A program made the position numbers and the translations under genes. A stretch of DNA of 64,000 nucleotides from Azolla caroliniana. Lineage: Eukaryota; Plantae; Polypodiophyta. The stretch spans positions 10,602,001 through 10,666,000 of the forward strand of contig JBHGNT010000013.1 of assembly GCA_043228905.1 (NCBI GenBank). The letters are read 5' to 3'. Positions 51,151-63,307 of the stretch are shown here, in pieces (within the stretch, counting starts at the first letter, position 1; the number at the start of each line of letters is the position of its first letter). The notes under the pieces were generated by a model. The model was not told where the DNA came from. It worked only from the letters and a program-made list of their open reading frames with translations, and did not search any database.

Positions 51151-52262
51151 TCGTTTAACTCTTCATCTAATTGACTAAGGATTTCAAATTTATTTGAGAT
51201 ACTTGGGCTATTAGTACTATGAATACTATCTGACACTTTATTAGTACTATTAATACTATCTGACACTCCGAAGGGAAGAATTGACTCGGGTTTAGTACAG
51301 GCGACGATTTGATTTACCTGTCCACCGCAATAAAGACATAATCGATTGGCACGTCGTCGTTGCTTTTCTTCTTCCGATAACGGGCCGCGTCGACGCATGG
51401 TGTCGATCTCCATCGGTGTCGGAATATTGGCTTGAGGTACATCGCGTGCAAACGGTTTAGCCGTGACTGAGGCGTATGTGGGTTCCGGCCGAGAGTGTGG
51501 TATTTATAACTGACGTTCCGAACGCCATTCAAAAAGGCGGTTGTCGCATCGGACCGCTCGACTGATTGCCTCTGTAAGAGACTTTGGTTCTTCGGGGAAG
51601 GTTAAAAGCAAGTCTTTGACATCATTGCGCAAGCCGTAGCGAAACTGCTCCATGAGGGCCTGATCATCCCAGGGGATATCTGAGGCGAGTAGACGGAAAT
51701 CTGCCGCGTAGGCAGAGGCTGGACGATCGCCTTGACGCAATCTTCGGATCTTGTTGATCGTCGTCCTGATGTTGTCGGTATCTTCAAAGCAGGCTTTAAA
51801 CTCACCAATAAAATCTTCAAAGTGATTAAGCAAGGGCGATTGTTTTTCTAGAAGTGGGGCGAACCATACCAAGGCTGAGGCGCTAAGTAGCGTGCCTATT
51901 AGGCCAACTCAAGATGCATCGGTGGGATATCGGTAAGGATGCATCTGGATGACTAAGCGTACCTGATTAAGGAATCCCTGGAATTGCGATCGCGTTCCAT
52001 CAAATTTCATAGGAAGTTCAATCTTGGGCTCTTTATGAAATCCTTGGGGGCTTGATCCTTGTTGTTGCAACGCTGCTTCGAGTTGTTGTACCCGTAACGC
52101 TAACTCCCCATGTTGTTGTTGCGTTTGTTGTTTTTCTAGAGCGATTTGTTGCAGATCCCCTATCAACCGTTGGTTTTCTTGTTCCAAGGCAACAAACTTT
52201 TCTTTTAGGCACTGTAGCTCGGAGAAAATGGATTGGTATTCTTGCGCGCTAACAGTAGCCAT
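51147..52262 (-). pseudogene. gag of chromovirus B (stop, frameshift, zinc-knuckle deletion)
   Basis: ORF pieces 51909-52262, 51504-51872 and 51147-51413 are homologous to gag of A. Confidence 0.9.
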
Positions 52263-54376
52263 AGTATAGGGAAAAGGGTAGGAGGATGAGGGAGAGTGAC
52301 AAGTAGGCTGGAGGAGAAAATTTGGTTCAAACTGTCAGGAATAGTACTAAAACAGAGATGGAATTAGTACTAAAGAAGAGTAGTACTATTGGTACTAAGG
52401 GGACGGGACTGCGTAAGACTCCCGAGAGAAGAAGTGAGAAGAGGAGAGAGAGAGAGAGATAGCAAGAATGAGAGAGAGAGAGAGAGAGAGAGAGATGATG
52501 ACAACAGCTAATATATTATGTGAAAGATAAGTACAAAGCGGTTAAGAGGCTTAAGACTGGTGTTGAACCAATTTGTTTCAAAACAATGCCTTGTGCCTCT
52601 TTTTATAGTGTTTTTAGGAATAAGCCTGAAGCTTCTAGAATGTTCCAGAGAGATCTGGAATATACATCAATTTTCTATGATAAAGTATAAATGAAAATAA
52701 TATTTTACAAATTACAATTCATAGTCTAATGGTAAGAGCTTGGCCCATGTAGCACAAAGTCATGGGTTCGAGTCTTGCCATATCATGACAAAAACTCTCT
52801 TGTAATTGATGCAACCTTTCCTTTTGATAATTTTGTCAATATAAAATCTTCACAAAGTCATGTAATTGAACTTGAAGATCCAAAACCTCTTCATCATGTG
52901 GATTATGCATTAATAATACAAACGTAAATATATGTGTAAACTTATATATGTTTGAGCATTAGTCAAATGGAACATATGATGAATATATTTTAATGTTTTT
53001 AATGTTGCATCCCATGCATGTCATCACTTTGAATTTACATTATCCAAAAAAAATACCGAAACATTGTTACATGTAGGCATCAAATATTGAATGAAGTTGT
53101 TCATAATCAAGCTCAACTTGTGTGAGCACATGCTTATGGAGAAAAGCACAATGTGTAAAAAAGTGTGTGAGCTTACTATTGTAATCCATATGAACTATTA
53201 GGTTACACTAAGAACTAGATTGTGATCTAGTTAGTTGTTAAATGTAAGTGTAATCAAAGAATTTAGATATTCTTATGACATAAGGGTATTCGGGTTGATG
53301 TCTATGACTAGACTCCGCCAACCACATTTAATGTGGTGACCCCTTGAGAACTTGTAAATAAACCCTAGACGACCCATTGTGTTTCATTTATGATTTTTAG
53401 TTGATCAGTATAGTTTTCTTTTCAGTGCATAAGTTATCGTCCCCCCTCCTCTGTAATTTTCATTTCTAGTTATTTCCTCTTTCTCACACACCCACTCCCA
53501 CAATCATTATGCTTCCACACACTCAGACTCTACGAGAGTTAACATTATTTACATGTTATTAGTGTATGAGGGTTGAGGATCCTTCAACGCTCTACCATTG
53601 AAGTTTTGCTAGCAATTGGAAATGGCGTTTCAAACCGACTATCGTTGCTATAGTACTACTACAAGACAAGAGGTGTACATGAAGGAGAGGAGCTTACTAA
53701 TAGAGTTGAATCAACTAGATGAATGCATAGATGGGTAGTGTGCTTCCAACATAGAAGTTGGATGTTCACAACTACATATCTTTGGAGTATAAGATGCACT
53801 AGTACCTAGTTGGGTAGGGTTATTGGAGTTATATTGAGGAATCTCAAGAAATAGCCACCAACTGCCCCATGTGGTAGCAGGGCACCAACCAAGTCATGTA
53901 TAGCTTGGCAATGTGTGAGCAAGATCACATGTTAAGCTATATCTAAGACGTGAAGGCCCTAAAGGAAGCTTCGGAAAATTTTAAGAATAGTTTTATAGCG
54001 TCAACCACAATCAAATCCTCTGACTCAAGTACAATATTCAAGGGAGGGATATGTCTATTCTCATGAAGTTACACGCGTGGGTATGAAATCTGAGAGGGAC
54101 CACCATGGAATTGAATGAGAGAAGATGGGTTGAAACTAGTCTTCTAGGTTCAATGTACAAGGATGGTGATGTCCAAAATAGTAATAGTTTTAAAAGTATC
54201 TTAGTGTTTAAAATGTAGGTCAATGTATATATCGGTGAGAGAAGTGGGTATTTAACTTTTTACTCTTAATATTTTATTTATTTTGTTTAGTTTATTTTAT
54301 TTTTTCTTCTTATTACTATTATTATTCATTTACTTATTAGGATTTTTTTTATTTACATATTTAACTCCATTGTTAT

Positions 54377-57300
54377 TGTAATGTGCACCTTAGAACCAAA
54401 TTCGGTCCCTTTCCATTAACCATTAGCTCTATTTATACATTCATGTTCCTTTAGTTACATTCTTGATTCGAACTCTAACTAACTCTAGTGCTTTCTTGAT
54501 GTGTATTGGTTCGACTTGGGACTGAACCAACATGGTTCGGTCATGATACATGACACCTCCCCCTTTGAGAAAATGAAAGCCTAGATCTTAGGTGTTTCCC
54601 ACCAAGTGGCCCAAAAAGTTGAGACACTTTAAAAAAATGAGCTTTTTGACTTTCCTCCTTTTCACAAAATGAAAAATCAAAATTTTAACGTCTACTAGTG
54701 CGTAGTGGACTATGTGTTTTCTCCTATTTCGAGTGTGTTTTCTCCTATCTCGACTATTTTTTCTCCTACTTCCGCTGTTTTTTCTCCTATTTCGACTGTT
54801 TTTCTCCTGGGTCAACTATGTTTTCTCCTGCTGCGTTGCGACTGCGTAGGTCACCGAACTGGGGGAGATCGTGGACTGTGCTGCCTCGCTGCCTACCGTC
54901 AGTGGAAGGGTCGGCATGCTTGATCTAGGTATCTTTTTAATCCCTGAAATGTATGCAATAGTCTAGGATGATGTATCCATTCTCCATAGTCGATAGGTAT
55001 TAGCCCTGATGCGGTGTGTGACCTGCTAAGGACCGAGCCAGCGATGCATAAAAGAATCGCACAGTCCTTTGCGGTAGATATAGTAATAAACCCTAACTTG
55101 GTCCCCATTTTCCAATTCTCCTGGCTGATGTGTGGCATTGAAATGTTTCTTCTAGAGTTGTTGTGCCTTATTAAGGTTGTATTGGAGTAACCGTCAAAGG
55201 AGAGGAATATTGGATTGCAGGTATGACCACCATGACATTGCATCCGCGTGATTGGTGTGTATCTTGACGACCTGTGGGTCTGCTGGAAGTCGTGGATCCT
55301 ACCATACAATGCTCGGAATGGACTCACCCTAGTTGATTCTTGAACCGAAATGTTGTAATCATGTACTGCAAATGGAAGGACTTGATCCCATGACTGGTCT
55401 AGTGGATCAACATAAGCGGTTATCACTTGGTTTATAGTTTTGTTCATCCTTTCTGTGAGCCCGTTAGTTTGGGGATGGTATGGTGAGGTAAATAATTGCT
55501 TAATCCCCAAACTTTGTGTGAGTACTTTGAGAACTTCACTTCGAAATTGAGATCCCTGATCTGATAGGAGTTGTTGTGGACACCCGTGGGGGAAAATGAT
55601 GTGTTGCAGTAGCGCCTTCGCTATTGTAGTTGCCGTTGAATCAAATAGAGCAACGGCCTCACACCAACGAGTCAGGTACTCTGTGATCACTAATATGTAT
55701 CTGCTGCCCTGGAGTGAAACTGGAAATGGCCCCATGAGGTCCCAACCGACCATCTCAAAAGGTTCCTTCACAGTGATCGGTGTCAGTGATCCACCTGTGG
55801 ATTGTGAATTCTTCACAGCTTGACATGTGGGACATGATTGGAGGAACGCCGATATGGATTGTCACAACTTCGGCCAATAGTACATGGAGCGTAATCGATG
55901 GAGAAGTTAATGGAAACCAAAATGGCCAAATAGTTGGTGGTTGTGATAGGTGTCAAGGTACGTCGCTTGCAATGTTGCGGGGACATACAATTGTGGTGGA
56001 CATCCCTGACTTACATAATATAAAACATTGTCAATCATGATAAAATTTTGGTTTAATTGTGCACCATGCCTTGCCTGAATTTCTAGGATCATTTCTTTGA
56101 TTGTTGGATCTTGTTGTTGCATCTATTTTATTTGATGTTCATGTAGCGGAAGATCAGTCGCACTTAATTGGGCAGCTTGATATTTCATCCATGAGAGGGC
56201 ATCTACCACGACATTGGATTGGCCACGTCTATAGATCATTGTGAATTTGTATTCTTGCAAAGCCATAGCCCAACGAAGTAGTCTTCTTGGTGGTTGTGTC
56301 TTCTGAATTATGGATATCAATGGCTGATGATTTGTCTCCACCTGCACCACCGTGTCATGTAGGTATGGATGGAATTTCTTAAACGACCATACTACAACTA
56401 AAAACTCATTTTCAGTTGTCGAATAATTTTGCTCTGACTTTGTTAGTGCACGGCTGATGTAGGCAATCGAGCACCAACTATCATTGTCATCTTGCTGCAA
56501 AAGGACTGCCCCAATTCCAAAGTTGGAAGCATCTGTCTGTAGACGGAAAATCTTACTAAAATCAGGGAATGTTAATGTTGTTGCTAAGGTAATTAATTGT
56601 TTGATTGTCTGAAAACTTTTCTCGCACTCAGTCCACTGGTATGGTTGATCCTTCTTTAATAGGTTCTATAAAGGAGTTGTAATTGTTGCTAGACGAGGAA
56701 CAAACCTTAGTGGAAAACTCACTAATCCTAGAAAACTCTATAGGGACTTGATGTTGGATGGCTTCGGATATTCCGGGATAGCTCGTGTCTTCGCTGGATC
56801 TAGTTGTATTCCTTGTTCTAATATCATGAACCCTAAAAATCGTAGTGTTGTTGCACCCCACTTGCATTTCCTAAATAGCAATTGTAGGTTATATTTTTTA
56901 ATGCGGAGGAGGACTTCACGTAATATCTGAATGTGTTTTGGCTAGCTATATGTGTGAATCAATCAAGTCTTGGAAAATACTGTTTGCCATCCTCTGAAAT
57001 GTATTGCCAACATCTGATAGTCCAAATGGCATGCACTTAAACTAATACAGTCTGTGTTGTGTTCGAAATGTTGTTTTGTGCTTGTCTTCTTTGCATTGGG
57101 GAATCTACGAGTAGCCGGAAGCCAGGTCCAAGGATGTGAAATATCTGGAATGTCCTAACTGGTCTAGTAAGTTGTCAATCCTAGGAAGTGGGTACATGTC
57201 ATGCTTCGTCACCTTATTTAACTGCCTGAAATCGATGCAAAACCGGAATGATCCATCTTCTTTGCAAACTAAATGGGGTTCTTATACCCACTCATTGGTT

Positions 57301-58370
57301 GAATGGTTCAATAATATCTTTTTCCAGCATATCTTGGAATACTACAGCAATCGTTTGGTGGTCGCGAGGGGATCGCCGCCGCGTTGCCATCTGAACTGGA
57401 AGAGCATCGGTTGTCAGAATAGATGTTGAACTAGTAGATTTACTTGTGTTGTTTTTTTATTTTTACGGATAATTGATTGAAACGATTTGAGTAAGTGTCG
57501 TAGGTCTGTTAGATGTGACTCTAATGGTTCGACATGGATCTATGTATGGATGACCTGTGTACTATCATGCGGTGCACTAAGTAAGGCGATTGTGGTGAAT
57601 GGTTTATTATGAGGTAGGACTAACCTTTGTGTGTCGAAATGCAGTTGAGCGCCATGCTTTACAAACCAATCACATCCTAATGTTAAAGAGAAATTTTGTT
57701 TCGGTAGTACGTAGAATGAATGTACGAATGTGTGTTGTGCTAGTACGAATGTGCAGTGTGCATGCGTTGATGACTGATAAATTTTTTGTTTATCTCCAAA
57801 AACGACATTAATAGGAGGTGCACTAGATGTGGGTAAGTGCAATGAATTTACTAAATCTAAACTAATTGATGCAATTGTACTTCCTAAATCTAATAATGCT
57901 TCATAGGGTTGATTATGAATGCGTACCATCGTGGATCAAACAATGCGACTGGAAGAGGTAGCGTCCTCAAAATGTGGTAGTTGCTCTTCCTTCAATATCC
58001 CGCGTTGCCGTTTCCCGGTACTTCAGCAAGTGAAGTTAAATTTGCTTCTATGCATTATGATAATGCTTTGATACTGCAAATTTTCTACAATGTTTCTTCA
58101 CGTGCCCATACGCGTTGCAATAGAAACATTGTGATCTTCCTTGGCTGTCACGATCCGATAAGTACTGTGAATTGCCCGTCAGTTCCACCAATGTAATGTG
58201 CACCTTAGAACCAAATTCTGTCCCTTTCCATTAACCATTAGCTCTATTTATACATTCATGTTCCTTTGGTTACATTCTTGATTTGACCTCTAGCTAACTC
58301 TAGTGCTTTCTTGATGTGTATTGGTTCGACTTGGGACCGAACCAACATCGTTTGGTCCCGATACATGACA
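54377..58370 (-). mobile_element. Degenerate Ty3/gypsy element with 179-bp LTRs; most of gag deleted
   Basis: LTRs at 54377-54555 and 58192-58370; PPT AGGGGGAGG; PBS TGGTGGAACTGACGGG; CFYCNAYGHVKKHC; ALLDLGS; RT/RNase H remnants; IN 54899-55816. The TSD TTAT/TTCT is imperfect. Confidence 0.88.
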
Positions 58371-58990
58371 TTCTTATTTAATTAATTGATTGATTTTAAA
58401 TGCAAAAAGAGTTTAGTTTCTTTTTAAATAAAATTTTAATTACTTTTATGAAATTATAATGCATACTACCTAATGTATTGATTTATGTTTTTGTATAGCT
58501 CATTTACTTAGTTGTTCACTTAATTTTATTATTAAAATTAAAATATCTTATTATTCATTATTTTATTATTGTTTACTTATTTATTGTACTTATTTAACTA
58601 TTTAATTTATATTACAAAAAAGAACTTATCGGTGTCGTGAAGATCCGTCACTACGCGCGGATCATGAGGCGGAACCGCCGGGGTTCTGGACCAGAAGGAT
58701 TTAGAGTCGATACAAGCTTTGGCGAGAAAGTACTTAAGATAGATTGGAAAAGAGAGTTTCTTCCTCTTAATTTTCATAAAAAAAACCGTGTTTTTCTCCT
58801 CCCCCTTCCCTCTTTTATAGATGCTCTCATGCACATGATGCATGTGAGGGTACAAGACATGCATAAATTGCATGTTTGCCATTTGGCGCTTAAGTATTAC
58901 ATGTGGTGCATGTCACTCATTTTAGCACTCATGGATGAGAATTTACATGTAAAAGTACAATGATAGAAATATAATTTTAACTAAATACTA

Positions 58991-59044
58991 TGGCTTAATG
59001 GTAAGCCATTTGACTCCTAACTTGGAGGTGCAAGGTTCGAATCC
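58991..59044 (+). promoter_or_regulatory. tRNA-type Pol III promoter (A-box plus B-box) in LTR U3, antisense to the element
   Basis: TGGCTTAATGG at 58991-59001 and GGTTCGAATCC at 59034-59044, a 43-nt offset; D-stem GCTT/AAGC. Confidence 0.75.
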
Positions 59045-59648
59045 ATACTTGCCCTCCTTGTATATATATATATTTTTATATATTTATTTTATCTAGTCGC
59101 CGGTTCGCCGGATACCGTCGCCGGATACCGGTGCCGCCGCTGGATGTCGACGCCGGATACCGGTCGGATGCCGTCGGATCATCGGCTCCATCGCCGGTCC
59201 GGTTTTGGTTGGCCAAAACCCTTTTCGAGTAGCTAGCCACCTCCACTCTATGTTCAAGTTACCTTGAACTCTCTATGCTCCACACATAGACACAAAGATA
59301 ATATCTTTTGCTCCACCTTATATATGATGAGAGCCGTATTTGTCTTGCCTATGTGGGATATCTCACAATTTTCTCTTTTCTTTTCACAAACTTTATACCC
59401 TCATATCTTGACATTTAGTTGTCCATTTCTCGTGTAATAAAGTGCATTCGAAACCTCCATCATTTTGTACTTAGATATTAAAAATGTTATCTTCACAATT
59501 ATTGTATTACATTATTCATACTCGATTTTGTACGTTTTATGGGATTTTCACACTATTGCCGAAAATCTTCACGACATCCACCCCCACCAAACCGCACGTC
59601 CTCCGGTACGTGCCAAGAAGAGAAGAAGTGAGATTTCGGCTACGATGA

Positions 59649-60830
59649 TCAATTAGATTCCTCCATGTCTTCATTTTCATCCGGCCTATTATGTTCATCG
59701 TCGAGGTAATCGAGGTCAGGATCCTTGTCTTGTCTTTTCTTGAAAAGCTTTACTCTTTTTCCCGCAATGGGTACGGCCAACCTTGATCCGTCTAGTTCCG
59801 CAAGGTGGTATGTGGCATTATCGTTGGCACTTGTCACCACATACAGCCCGAACCATCTTCTTGCGAACTTCCTTGTTGTACTATGTTGATTGTCAAGGGT
59901 GTTGTCGTAAACCAAAACCCTATCCCCTTCTTCAATCTTCTTGGGACGAAGTCGATGCGTGTTGTTGAACCGAACTTTGTTCTTTACTCGGGCTGCCTTC
60001 ATCATCTTTTGCGCTTTTTCTAAATCTTCAGGTCTTCTTTCAAGTTGCCTTATCCGCGCCGCTAATAACTCTTCACGGCTCATCTCGTTCTCCCACGGTA
60101 TCGCTACCCATGAGGCGATCGTCCTTTCGATGGGCATAATCGGCTTTTGTCCATACATAAGCTCTGTCGGCATATACCCTGTCACCGAGCTATGTGTCGT
60201 TCTATCGGCCCACAAGGCATAGGGTAATAGTCGTGGCCAATTCCCGACTCGACCGTTGCATGCCCGTACGATGGCTTTAACGATAGGTCCATGCCCTCGC
60301 TCGATCTTCCCATTTGCTTCCGGATTGTAGGCAGTCGTGAGGGAGAGCTTCACGCCTAGTCTTTCGAAGAGCTCCGTCGCTTCGTGCGCGTCCAACTCCC
60401 CTCGGTCAGCCACTATCTTCCCTACACATCCATATCGGCAAACAACATCTTCAAGTAAAAATTTACAAACGGCTGAAGTCATCTTATTTGTCAAGGCTCG
60501 TCCTTCCACTTGATTTGTCAAGTCTTCCCTTGCGAGCGCTAAGTACTTCATTTGTCCCACTCCCATTGGCATCGAGACCAAATCCACCATCCATTTGAAG
60601 TGAATGGTGAGTGGGTATGTCAGCTTTAACTCATCACGATGACGTATATTTGAATATACTTGGCAAGTTTCGCATGTGGACATGAAATGGAGTACATCTT
60701 TGTACATGCTTGGCCACCAGTACTTCTCCTTCAACTTTTCGAACGTCGCCCATGTTCCTCTATCACCTGCCCAAGCACTCTCGTGGAATTCGGTCATCAG
60801 CGTCTCTTGCTCTTCTTTCTTTACCACCAC
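59649..60830 (-). pseudogene. Integrase portion of pol (no chromodomain), cut off by nonsense mutations
   Basis: YWWPSM...CETCQ, WMVDL, VADRGE and PEANGKIER. Confidence 0.88.
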
Positions 60831-60893
60831 TCAACGTGGTATTCCTGTCCTTCTTTTTGGATGTCGCCAAAGGAATCCTCCCTTCAAGAAGTA

Positions 60894-63059
60894 TCAGTAA
60901 GCTTTCTTTCGGATTCGTAGGGCCTCCTCCTTTGTCAACGAAGCATCTGTCGTCAATGTTCTTAGGAATCTACCGATGAGTAACCATTCTCCTTCGTACT
61001 CGTTCTCGTTGAAGGCGTGGAGGGTTTGCGTGTCCTGGTCTTCCGCCGACAATTGAGCCATCTTGAAGAAGTCGAGGGCAACATCTTCATCTTCTGAAAC
61101 CATGTTACTTCCATCTGAAAATCTTGCCCTCGACAGCATGTCAGCCATGGCGTTCTTCTTCCCTGCGATGTGACGGATCTCTGGGTTTAAAGACTTGATG
61201 TAGGCGATCCACCTTAGCATAGCAAGATCTGGGGTCGCACATCCCGAGACCATTCCGAGAATTGGGAGACAATCTGTCTCTATTATCACTTCTGATCCGA
61301 TCAGGTAATCTTTGTCCGTCTTCACCGCCGACACAATACCCCAAAGTTCCCGCTTGACTTGGGCATATCTTTGTTGCCGTTCGCTGAGAACCTTTGCTCC
61401 GAACCGGACGGCATATCGCGCATTATCTTCACCTTCTTGATTGATGACCCACCCGATTCTGGTTGGGCTCGTATCTACGGTCACGTAAATTGGTTTCCCT
61501 TCGGCATAGTCGGCCTTCCATAGTGCCGGAGCTTCAAGAAGCAGTTTCTTTAATCTTCGCATCGCCTCTGTGTGCTCGTCTCGCCATTCGAACTTTATCC
61601 TTTTCTTTAGTAGTCCATATAACGGTTCGGCGACATGAGCGTAGTGAGGAATCCATATATGATAAAACGCGCATGCTCCAAGGAACCTTCGAACCTCCGT
61701 TTGGTTTTCGCATTCTTCTTTCATGTCTTGGATTGCGTTCACTTTGGATGGCGAGGGCTTCCGGCCGTATGCTCCACACAAGTGACCTACCACCAAGATC
61801 TCCGATTGCCCGAATGCGGATTTTTCTCCCGAAAATGTCAAATTCGCATCTTCGAGCCTTTGAAGCACCTTCTCGCAATCTTTCATATGATCCGCAACAA
61901 ACTTTCTACAACCTTCCTTATCTTTCGATTCATCTTTCTCCTCATCCAAACATCCTTTTATCGGAATATCATCCAAGAATGGCATCGTGATGTCCGGAAT
62001 GCAATCCTTCAAGACTTTATTCATGGCATTCACCATATGAGCCACCGAGTTCGTTGCGCCTTGGGGTAAGGTACACATCCGCACAAGCCCGATCGGAGTC
62101 CTCATGGTTGTAATGTCCCGACTGTCGATCGCCAACTGAAATTGGTCATATCCGGAGTAGAGATCGCCAATGGAGTAGATGGACCGGCCCGCAAACGCTT
62201 CGGCAAATTCGTCCATGCTCGGACCGATTCCGGCATTTCGAATTGTCACCTTGTTGACGGGTTGAAGATCTTGGATGAATCGCAATGATCCATTCTTCTT
62301 CGGCACCGTGAACCACCTATTGGAATAAGGAGCATTCGACGGTTCTAGAATTCCCATACTCACCTTCTCCTTTAAGAGCTCGATCAGCTTCGGAAGGTGT
62401 GCTCTCGGAACCGGTATTGGTTTCAAATTCCAAGGCACATGAGGCACCGTGAAGATCACCATCGGCTCTATAACCTTTGGGTCGGCGCATCCGATTTCTC
62501 GTGGGAAGAATGCGAAAGCCTTCCCATGTCTCTCAAGCATATCGCGAAACATTCGCTCCTCTTCAGGGAGAAGGAAATCCTCCTTTCCAACTCGTAGCTT
62601 CCCCTTCGTCTCTTTGGTGAAGTCATGACCTATCTTCTTCGGATCTCTTAAGCTTGGATCGTTAGCGACTTCCTTCATCTTTTGCCAGCTATCTTCCGGT
62701 AGCGGAACCGCAACTGGCTTGATCTTCTTATCCACCGTTTTATATTTCGTGTTGATGTCAGCTTCCTTCATCGAGATGCCACGACAGTATTCATCGATGA
62801 TAGCGTACATGTTGACGGAGTTAACCGAAATCACGCATTGGTTGTGAAGATAGCTCAAGTCCACGACGTCCTCGATTTCGCCGATGGTGTCGTTAAATGA
62901 GGCTTCTTCCATAATATGAGTCACGAACTCCCCTTCTTCTATTATGTTCTCTTCTTTCAGCATCTTCTCGAATTCTTGTATCCGGTGCTTGTGCTTCTTG
63001 GCGGGTAGTACTAGTTTACATGCGCCACTAGGTGTGACACATGTTGCTTCTCCTTGCAA
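60894..63059 (-). pseudogene. RT-RNase H portion of pol
   Basis: DLYSGYDQ, LPQGATNS, FLDDIPIKG, VDTSP and ETDCLP. Ends at a TGA probably derived from CGA. Confidence 0.9.
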
Positions 63060-63307
63060 TCCACGCGCTCTTCTTTCTTGTGGGGTCTTGTGATTGCTCG
63101 GACTATTTGTGCCCCATGCTTCAATAGTCTGCTCTAAAAATCCAAGGATTTGCCTCCGAGACTATCTCGATTCCTTTCATGATTGGCTCACACTGTTAGG
63201 AATTGGACCGATCTTTGGTTGTCAAGACTCTTTATTCGTGCGAAGGCTACTCCATTATCGAACACTTTGGTCTCCATCCGAGATGATGTGATATAAGGTT
63301 GCCCTAG

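Larger units (their letters stand above)
47139..52790 (-). mobile_element. Full-length Ty3/gypsy chromovirus B, sister family of A
   Basis: LTRs at 47139-47584 and 52333-52790 (about 11 substitutions plus a (GA)n length change), TSD AAAAC, and PPT at 47585-47600. Confidence 0.97.
58633..63307 (-). mobile_element. Non-chromovirus Ty3/gypsy element: 3' LTR 58633-59576, IN, RNase H and RT; interrupted at 63308
   Basis: 12-bp terminal inverted repeats TGTCGTGAAGAT/ATCTTCACGACA, PPT GGTGGGGGTGGA, and pol ORFs. Confidence 0.92.

Noticed and set aside
53150-54200. Possible old LTR, PBS and gag remnant
   Set aside because: Too decayed to fix termini or motifs.
58321-58345. B-box-like GGTTCGAC in the 179-bp LTRs
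   Set aside because: No A-box at about 43 nt; better explained as the hairpin TTGGTTCG...CGAACCAA. Not counted as a module.
58984-59056. Functional tRNA genes at the A/B-box sites
   Set aside because: Acceptor, anticodon and T stems do not pair properly; only the promoter boxes and their spacing are kept.
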